The translations under genes and the position numbers were made by a program. DNA of 64,000 nt from Trypanosoma brucei (Eukaryota), in NCBI GenBank assembly GCA_000002445.1, contig CP000070.1, forward strand, positions 800,001-864,000. The letters are read 5' to 3'. Positions 52,794 to 61,800 of this stretch are shown piece after piece (position 1 is the stretch's first letter; every line of letters starts with the position of its first letter). A model generated the notes under the pieces. It did no database searches. It was not told the origin of the DNA and saw only the letters and a program-made list of their open reading frames with translations.

Positions 52794-53859
52794 ATCGATT
52801 AATGAGTGAACGCAACTTGGCCTTCTTTCTGGGCACGAGAGCACCTACTCTTTTCTCTCAATCTGTTTGCCCGGCTGTTCTCCCCCTGCGCGTGCCCTTG
52901 AAGCCGTTCTTCCTTTTTCTCGGTAACTTCGTAAATTAACCAACACATATTGGGAAGGGAGAAACGAACATAAACAGTTGGGGGCAAGGTTACATAATTG
53001 CACACATCAGTCCATTGAACGCCGCAACAGATCCAAAAGCAGTTGAGGTTACCTACCATTTTCTCTCAATGGCTACTACCGAACTTGCCCCTGGTAAGGC
53101 ACGCTCGTGTAGTGACAATCTAAAATACACATCAGGAGGGAACGCTAGCAGGTCACAAGCCACCGAAGATGCACACGGAAGGGGATAATAACAAAAAAAA
53201 GAAAGAACAATATGAATATGGTTGTAGCTGAGCAGATGCCCGTGTGAAGGGGGATTATGAGCAAAAGAACTGTAAAATGATAGTGGCACACATTGGTTTG
53301 ACAGCGGGAGCACAAACCCACCCACTTCCACTATGTGGTAGGGGCCATCGAATTGAGTTACCCATCAGGAATCCCCATTTCCCTCCTGGCGAGCAAGAAC
53401 ACTAAAAAGCTATGCATACAGAAGTATTTCTACAGGATGAAAAGTATCATAAGGTGGTGCCCGCTTTGAGTATCACGTGCATCTCCCAAACCACTTAAAG
53501 ATTCACCGAGGTCAAAACCCCAAAGAAGGGAGAAACAATTTGGGAAAGACACATACACATAGTGAAGGGTTAAGTTTGGCCATTCCCTCAGTTGGGCGTC
53601 ATTTTACATTGTTAATCCCCCCTCCCTAATTTCCCACCCGGTGGTGTGCTATTCCCACACTAACAGGTTGCGGTGCATATTACATTGAGGTAGGCCTAAG
53701 TGACTGACCTTCAATCGCTAATTTACACATGCGCCAAGCCATAGTACGCATCGGCTTCACTTACCTTGGCATCCTTTGTGATGTATCAACCGAACGCAGC
53801 TTGGTAATCAGTACCAACAGCTCTAGGGTGTACGCCCCTCCGAAGATCTTACAGACTGT

Positions 53860-54846
53860 CTACAGAGAATCCTCTACAATATTAAGACAGTGAGAGCTCT
53901 TCTCACTCGAGGAGCGACTACGCGGCGACATGAACGTATCACTCTTGACCCTAGCGGCCGTCGACGCCAAAGCCGCTGCCTCAATCGCTCGACGCATCGC
54001 CTCAGACTCGAGTGGTTTTATGATCCTGAGCGTCAGGTTCGTCGCCAGCCGTTCACCATCAATCATAGTCTCTTCCCGACCTGCACCACCCTGCGCACCG
54101 ATGAAAGGTGACGCCTGAAGCTCCATGCGGGAGACAACACTCTTCCGCTGCTCTTCATCGCTCCAGAACTCCTCGGGGACGTCCGAAAGGCAGCGCGGTT
54201 GGCCTTGTGCGAAGGTTGCCGGAGTTTTCGCTTCCGCAGCAACACATGGCGCAACGACGAGTGATTTGGCCCACTTCCTAGACTGTGGCGCCCTCTCGCC
54301 ACCTAGCAGTGCCTGCAGCGGGAGGACAGGCATCACCTCACGCAGGTGCTCTGCCCACAGTCGTCTATCGCCTTTACGGCAATACAGCCAGTTACGGGCG
54401 AGTGTGCTGTTGCTGCTAGTGTCAACAGGTGGGGCCTCTACTTCCTCCCCTTCCCCAGATACAGATGCGTTAGTTATCTGTTTATCAGATTCTCCTGTAT
54501 TACCAGACTGCTGAGCTGCTAAAATAGTTCCAGTCTCGCTCACTTCAGGTGTCAAGGGCCCACCAGCAGAGGGGTCAGGAATCTTCGTCTGTTCGCCGCT
54601 GCCGTAAACCAGACCATCTGAAAATACAAATGCACCAGACACATTGCGACCGTTTTCCCACACACCAACATAATGACCGCCCCCACGCTCCTTGGCGAAA
54701 AAGAGGGTTCCATGCCCGTGCATGCAGCCATCCCTGTGGGCTCCGACGTACGTGTCGCCGTTGGCGAAGGTGAAAATCCCCTGCCCATCGAACCGGCGGT
54801 CATCAGAGGTTCGCTCCCCTCGGTAGCTGCAGCCCGTGTAAAACAT
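53860..54846 (-). CDS. MORN-repeat protein
   Basis: MORN-like units YRGERTSDDRRFDGQGIFTFANGDTYVGAHRDGCMHGHGTLFF..GGHYVGVWENGRNVSGAFVFSDGLVYGSG begin just after the internal ATG at 54846. The track ORF starts 28 codons further upstream, in a Cys-rich and unlikely extension. An acidic, Ser-rich C-terminal half follows. Confidence 0.7.
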   Translation of the reverse strand: MFYTGCSYRGERTSDDRRFDGQGIFTFANGDTYVGAHRDGCMHGHGTLFFAKERGGGHYVGVWENGRNVSGAFVFSDGLVYGSGEQTKIPDPSAGGPLTPEVSETGTILAAQQSGNTGESDKQITNASVSGEGEEVEAPPVDTSSNSTLARNWLYCRKGDRRLWAEHLREVMPVLPLQALLGGERAPQSRKWAKSLVVAPCVAAEAKTPATFAQGQPRCLSDVPEEFWSDEEQRKSVVSRMELQASPFIGAQGGAGREETMIDGERLATNLTLRIIKPLESEAMRRAIEAAALASTAARVKSDTFMSPRSRSSSEKSSHCLNIVEDSL

Positions 54847-55889
54847 AACTGCAGGTTGTGCTGATGCTTTTTTTTTTGTTCCTTCCTTGTATGTACAGAC
54901 CCGTATACAGGCATACATGCATATACACATTTGTATAAATCAACCACATGTAAAGGATGAAGGAAAGGGATAAATTTCCCGTTAATTTTCGGAGTATTGA
55001 GGGTGACGTGAAAAAAAATAAATCACACAGTAACGTGAAAGGGATAAAAGCACGGAAAATGAGTCGTGTGCACACTCACACTATGTCCATGTGCAGATGT
55101 GAGACTGCAAAAGACGAATCGGGCGCCTCGGAGCCTGGTACTGTCAAAAAAACTGAACTGCCTCACAGATGAGCAAATAGGTAACTCAGCCGCAAAGCAT
55201 GGAAGGGAGGGGAAGAAAATATGAGACCATGGATCTCAATCGGAACAAAGCATAGCCTTTTACAGACGCGCCTCGTGTACACAAGTCCTTTTTCTTAAGC
55301 ACATGTTACCACCCAACACATGAAAACTGTCACGGGTACTTATGCACCTGCAGTGGGCAGTGTACGCTATACCACAGTTGCAGCGACCTGTAGAGCAACA
55401 ACAATGAGGGAACGGAGAAACCACAGAACCTCCTCAGCAGAGTAACGGAAGGGAAAGGTGATCGAAATCAGGGGCAATAGGTTGTTCAAAGGCGACTAAA
55501 ACACGTACGCGGAATGCCCATATTAATATGTTGCAAGAAGGTGACGCGCCCAAGCGAGAGCTCCTCGGAAGGCGAAAGGCCAAAGGCGCCAAAGAAAGAG
55601 GAAAAAAAAGAGAAAAAGCGGGGAGAGGAAGGGGAAGAACACAAGAAAGAGGTTCGCCGCGACTCTCATTCGCACCCACGCACACAAACACCCACCCACG
55701 TGCGCGGAGGCCAGTGTGGAGATGCAAACAAAGAGTTCCCCAACTGTGTGAAACTATATACAAATATGTAAGAATCATGCATATATATATTTGCCTGTTA
55801 AAGGTGAGTTGTAGAATTGTGACAACCCTCCTGGAGGATCATAACACCATCCTCTCCCTGCAAGTGAAGGGGAACACATCACCGCATGT

Positions 55890-56294
55890 TCAACCAAATG
55901 TATTTTCCACACCATACGACACGTACAGAAAGCCATCAGGGTCTTTTGCCCTTGCGTAAATGTCTCCCAAGCAGGCACTGTTCGGCGGTAGTTCATTTCC
56001 TATAAACACAAATACGGCTTGACCCTCTTCTAGCAGCAGCCGCTGCCGCAGCGCCATCATGAACTCCATAACGGTAGCAGTTTCAGGGAGAAGAAACTTA
56101 TTACAGTCCAGCTCGCGCTGCACCTGCTGCCGTGTGGAGAAGAGCCTCACATCACGCGGTGTAGAGGCGCTAGCGGCTGAAGTGGGCTCGCAAAGGATGG
56201 GAATGTGTTTGGGGTAGCGCAAGCGCGCGGATTCTGTTTCCTTCGCGCGTTCAGCAAAACTACGTGTGTACTGGTACCGGTAGTGTGAAGGCAT
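55890..56294 (-). CDS. ATG8: ATG8-family ubiquitin-like autophagy protein (ATG8/ATG12-like), about 134 aa with an internal insertion of about 20 aa and a native C-terminal Gly
   Basis: Aligns to ATG8/GABARAP across the fold: ..SFAERAKETESARLRYPKHIPILCE.., LDCNKFLLPETATVMEFMMALRQRL.LEEGQAVFVFIGNELPPNSACLGDIY....DGFLYVSYGVENTFG*. Internal ATG at 56294. Confidence 0.8.
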   Translation of the reverse strand: MPSHYRYQYTRSFAERAKETESARLRYPKHIPILCEPTSAASASTPRDVRLFSTRQQVQRELDCNKFLLPETATVMEFMMALRQRLLLEEGQAVFVFIGNELPPNSACLGDIYARAKDPDGFLYVSYGVENTFG

Positions 56295-58887
56295 AAATGT
56301 AATGACTGTGAAACTGGTACCTCTGCAGCCCCGTAATACAGTCACTGATACTACTATTCACTTGCAATACGAAGCTCACCTTTCTTCCTTCTCCCCTTTG
56401 CCTATAATGACACACACAAAACGCACACGCGGTCCCTTGATATCTAACAACTCCCGCCAACGCCTACAAGGCTCTAATGCTCTTCGACTAGACGGTGTTT
56501 AGGGCAATGAAACGGAGGAAGGGGAACAAGCACAGATTATACCTTGTAGAGAAAGCTGCACAAACATGTTCGTATGGTCTGAAACGATAGGGAGAACAGC
56601 CAAAGCAGCTCCAAAGGGAAGGGTAGCGATGCTATTTTCTTATGCACACGCAAGAACGTGCACATGTAACGCACTCGGGTATACGTCACACAGTTTTTCT
56701 TCCGAAACGACGGGATGACCAAAGAAGAGGAGAAAGACATTCCGTCACGATGACGCCGCTGTCACCTACTTTCAAACCACTCCAAGAATGGGCAAACTAG
56801 GAACCACTACACGAACCTGCTGGTCTCAGCATTTAAAAAAAAAAAAACATCGCAGCGCATCCCCTCCCCGAGTTTCAAAGTAATCCGTGTTGCAGCCGTC
56901 ATATGCTTTCACGTTACCTTCGTATTCACCTATACCTGGTAGCGCACGCAATCGTAAGATCCGTGAAAACACACATACGACACCTTACCAGACACTGCAC
57001 GAGTCAACACAATGGCTTCCTTGTAAGCATCTAAGCACCTAAACGAACGGACATGTATTTATATTTTTTTTTATACCTACAGAACACACAAGTCAACATC
57101 AACTGCTTCACGTGTGTGTGTGTGTGTGTGTCTATGGAGGGAGCGACGACAACGATGAATAAAGAAGGAAAAAAGTTTAAGTCCACAAAAGAAAGTTTAA
57201 GTCGGAGGCCTCCACTGACACCGTTGGCTCAGCAGAGAAAGGGGTGGAGAAGGAGGAGGAATGGGTAAATGAGAGATGTAAAAAAGATCGTGACACCAAT
57301 GAAGTTATAAAAAGAGACCAGAGACGGAATACCTTGGACGCAGACCGTGTCAACATACCAACAAAAACAATTTTAAAAACAAAAAAATGAAGGTATTCTT
57401 GCCAATGAAAAGGGAGAGAACAGTGCGAAAACAGTCAACAGACAAGCACTTGGTATTCACGGACAGTGCAGAGACATTAGAGCGACCCCATCAACCGAAG
57501 GAAAAAAAAGAGAAATAGAAAAAGGGAGGCAACCGCGCGATGATCACAAAACAAAAAAAAATCTTACTCCCTCTCTCTGTTTTACAGCTTTTTCTTCTAT
57601 TTCCTATGCCCTCAGAAGCTGATCGTAGTGGTATAAATAATATACGAACAGTTAAAATGGGAAAAGGAGGAGAGTTACTTACTTTCCTCTCATCCTTCGT
57701 TTTGCTGTCGTTCCTTCTTCACTTGTGTTTCTCCCCATACGAAGCTTTCCAAACTACTTCTAAACCTTTCTCCTCGTCGTTGGCCACCGTCCGAAATTAC
57801 TTGGAAAAGAACAGCGACAAAAAAAAAATCACATATACACATACATACGTATGGACAAACGCTGGGGAAAGAGTGGCAAAAAGAAAAAAAGAAAGAAAAG
57901 TGCGACCAAAAAAAGGAAAACAAAAACCGTGGAATAAAAGCGAGACTGGGTCGCAGAACCGCGTGATATCCGCTGCCGAATATAAAACCCCTCCTTCCCC
58001 TTCGTATCAACACCTAATCGTAACTGTTAACGGTTAGGATGTTGAAAGCTTGCGAGGAAACCTGCGCGTGTGGGGTGGCATTATCTAGTAAAGGAAAAGA
58101 GTTGGGTCAACCGCAAATGCATACGTCTTATTTTTGTTGTTGTTGTTAAAGGGAAAACGGGGTTTACGCAATGAAAAAAAAATGCATACATGCGGGTGCC
58201 CACGCAGCTACTCCGTGCAGTATCGGGCAACATGGGAACGGCAGGAATGGAAAGACGCCAACCCCGTCGATACACCGTGCACTAAAAAGTGCAGTTCATC
58301 CGTAACGACAACAAGCAACAGTAAGGCAGCAGGAGCGTTAAACGCCACCATCACGGAAAAGAAGATTGCCGCCGCGTGCAAGTGGTTTGCACGACAGTAA
58401 CCCGGGAGCTTGCTGCTGCATTGGCACATGACCCTCTAAAAGAAAACAAAAACTTAACCCTCCTGTTATAGGCTCACAGAGGCTCGGTGGGCCGAAAAAT
58501 GGGGGGAATGCAAACCAAGAGACGAAAGGGAAAGACGTATATAAAGGAAAAAACGGCCGCTTCTGCCGCAGCTGCTACTCTGCGGCATCAACTATTTCAT
58601 TTGCAGTGTCTCAATGACACCTTAACTCACCGTTTTTCCTGAACTTTCTGTTTACTCTTTTTGTTCTTCCCCCGTAAATTGGATTCCCCTATAACGTGAA
58701 GACCTCCCTCCCCTCCGGTAAATACATCTTTCCTACCCCCCCCCACGCAGCTGCTTTCGCTGCACCAAACACTCCATCCACTAGCAAAGCTCTATTGAAA
58801 CAAAAATATTCGTTACATTAGACATCATTCATCGACTGTAACCTAGGTAGTGTATGAGATACCGTATCAATTACACACTGAGTGTCA

Positions 58888-61800
58888 TCAATGGTGCGCC
58901 CATGGCCCTCCCAAATGCGTTGTTGGGCAACCGGTTGCGTCGCCCTCGTCCTCATCGTCTTCACCTTCCTCAACAGAGCGCAAAAGCGATATCTCACGCA
59001 AAAGCTCCTTTGCACTCGTGGCAGAAACCTGACAACCACGAATGCGCGAGTCCAGATCCGTCATCAGTCCACCTATGTTGCGATTTAGCTCATCCACCAC
59101 ATCGTCGTGTTGTCTCCCTTTAGACTGTAATTCGACCATAAGTGCCTCTTTTTCACGCTTCAAACGCTCAAGCTGATGGCGCATCGAGCTAATGATATCT
59201 GTCCCACCCACGGCCAGATTGCTTGCAGACGGTACAGTCACCGCTGAGGTGGTGGAATTGCCAGTCTCTCCGAGATGCTCTGACGATGTCCAGGGGAGGG
59301 GAACGGGCATACCACCCTGTAGTTCCTCGATTCTGGCCTCCAGTTGTTGCATGACTGCCTCCACCTCACGCATCTCGTCGTCCTTAGCGTCTTGCAGGTC
59401 AAAGAGTTCCTGTTCACGGGCCTCCAGGGCCATCAACGCCGCCTTCTCCGCTGCTCGGGCTCCTTCAAGGACATTAACAAACTCATCGAGTTTACCAATG
59501 GTGTCAGTGTATTCAAACCCCTTCTCGTCCAACTCAAGCAACAGTGCAGCAATTTTTCTGTTAAGTGCATCAAGATCCTCTTTGTGAGTGATCTCCCGCT
59601 GTTCTAACTCTTCCCTCAGGGCAGCGTTCTCTTCGCTAAGTTTCTTAACCTCCTGTTCAAGTTCACCTACGAGATAAACGCCACTCATTAACTCTTCAAC
59701 CTTTCCACGGGCCACCTCCACGTGCGAACTTCGTGCCTTTTCAAGCATGTTGAACAGTGAGAGAAGCATCTCGTCACGGAACTTTTTGTCCCTATCTTGG
59801 GTGCAACGAAGTTCAAGTAACTCTTCCTCACGGGCAAAAAGCTCACTGCGCACCGTGCACTCAGCCTGACGAGCCTCATCCAATAGTACGACCATCTCCT
59901 CCATATTCTCCAGCATTTCGGTGTGTTCTGTGGCCCGCTCCTCAAGTTCGTCAAGTAAGTCACCTTCACGTTTCGCGCGAATACGGTCACGGTTGAGGAA
60001 CCCAACGACCAATAAGCACTGCAGCGAAGACAAAGAAGAGCGTTCAATAACCAAACGAGACAAGACCTCATCAACGAAAACACCCTGCTCATCAACCATG
60101 ACACCGCAGGCACGCCGCAAGAATGAAGACATCGTCAAATTGCCGCCACCAGCATCGTTAGTCCCAATACTACTGCCCAAAAGCAGCCGCTGCGTTTCCC
60201 TGAATGGGTAATGCTGAAGCCGTTGAGCAATTTCCGAAGGATGAATGCTTGAAGGATGGGTGACATCAAATTCAACCACACGACCACTCGGAGTGAACGT
60301 TACATTACTCACACAATCCCTGTAGACACGACATGCATTAGCAGCATCAACAACAACAGCACAACGTAACTCTTCCGGTTTATTCTTCAGCAACTCATCT
60401 AACCTCTCACCTTGAAGTTGAACACACTGAGAACTTACCATGCAATCTCCCTCCATCGAAGCCATCCACCGAGAATCATGTTTGCGCTCCTCCTCGCCGC
60501 CACGCGAAGGCTCATTCAACGCTTCCTCTAAGTCGTCCAGAGCGTTCGACATCAACACAGAAGGGCGATCATTGTGCGAAGAAGCGTCCACCACATCGAC
60601 ACCACTCCTCAGTTTTTTCAAAGCATCTACAGCTTTACGAAGCCCATCGCTCTGAGATACCAATTCATTGGTCTTGCGCTCATTCACAGCCTGCAGTTCC
60701 ATCACCTGCTCCTCCATATCACGAAGTCGTCTTTGTTGCTTGTCCAACTCATCTACCCTCAGTTCATCAGTGCCCCGCAATTGTTCATTCTGTGTCAGAA
60801 ATTCTTTCAGACGGTCACCAAGTTCCTGAAGTAGTTCGCCCTGAACAACAAGTTCATGAGATTTAATATCAAGTTCCTTCCGCAACTCGTCGTTTTCCGA
60901 AGATATCTCAGAGAGCTTCAGACGCAATTCCTTCACATCAGATAAAAGACATTCGATTTCTTTAGAATTTTCATCATCAACACTACGGAGATCGATATTT
61001 TCCCGCTTCACAAGAATCAACTCATTTTTGATAACACCAATACCATCACCGTCACCAGAAACATCCACATCAGCACTCTTCTCCTTCAAAAGATATTCAC
61101 CATCAGAATCAATTTTCATAGCACCGTCCTTCGCATCCCGAGAAACATCACGATCATCATTACGTAAAGAAAAAAGTTCGTTACTTCGTCTCAGTTCCTC
61201 ATTCTCAGTGCGTAGTTCAGCAAGTTGCTCCTCCATCTCATGAAGTTTCTCATTCTGCACATCAAGTTCACGTGCCTTGTCCCCTTCAGTATTGCGAAGC
61301 TCCTCATTCTCAGCGCGTAGTTCAGCAAGTTGCTCTTCCATCTCATGAAGTTTCTCATTCTGCACATCAAGTTCACGTGCCTTGTCACCATCAGTATTGC
61401 GAAGCTCCTCATTTTCAGCGCGTAGTTCAGCAAGTTGCTCCTCCATCTCATGAAGTTTCTCATTCTGCACATCAAGTTCACGTGCCTTGTCACCATCAGT
61501 ATTGCGAAGCTCCTCATTTTCAGCGCGTAGTTCGGCAAGTTGCTCCTCCATCTCATGAAGTTTCTCATTCTGCACATCAAGTTCACGTGCCTTGTCACCA
61601 TCAGTATTGCGAAGCTCCTCATTTTCAGCGCGTAGTTCAGCAAGTTGCTCCTCCATCTCATGAAGTTTCTCATTCTGCACATCAAGTTCACGTGCCTTGT
61701 CACCATCAGTATTGCGAAGCTCCTCATTTTCAGCGCGTAGTTCAGCAAGTTGCTCCTCCATCTCATGAAGTTTCTCATTCTGCACATCAAGTTCACGTGC

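Noticed and set aside
55514-55959. Plus-strand ORFs encoding K/E/R/G-rich peptides (MLQEGDAPKRELLGRRKAKGAKERGKKREKAGRGRGR..)
   Set aside because: They come from a purine-rich intergenic tract, which is the polypyrimidine tract of the minus-strand unit seen from the other side. They are on the wrong strand for this transcription unit and have simple-repeat composition.
57540-58037. 165-aa plus-strand ORF between the ATG8-like and coiled-coil genes
   Set aside because: It lies in an A/G-rich intergenic region of the minus-strand unit. Its translation is low-complexity (KKERKVRPKKGKQK..) and it is on the opposite strand to all neighbouring genes.
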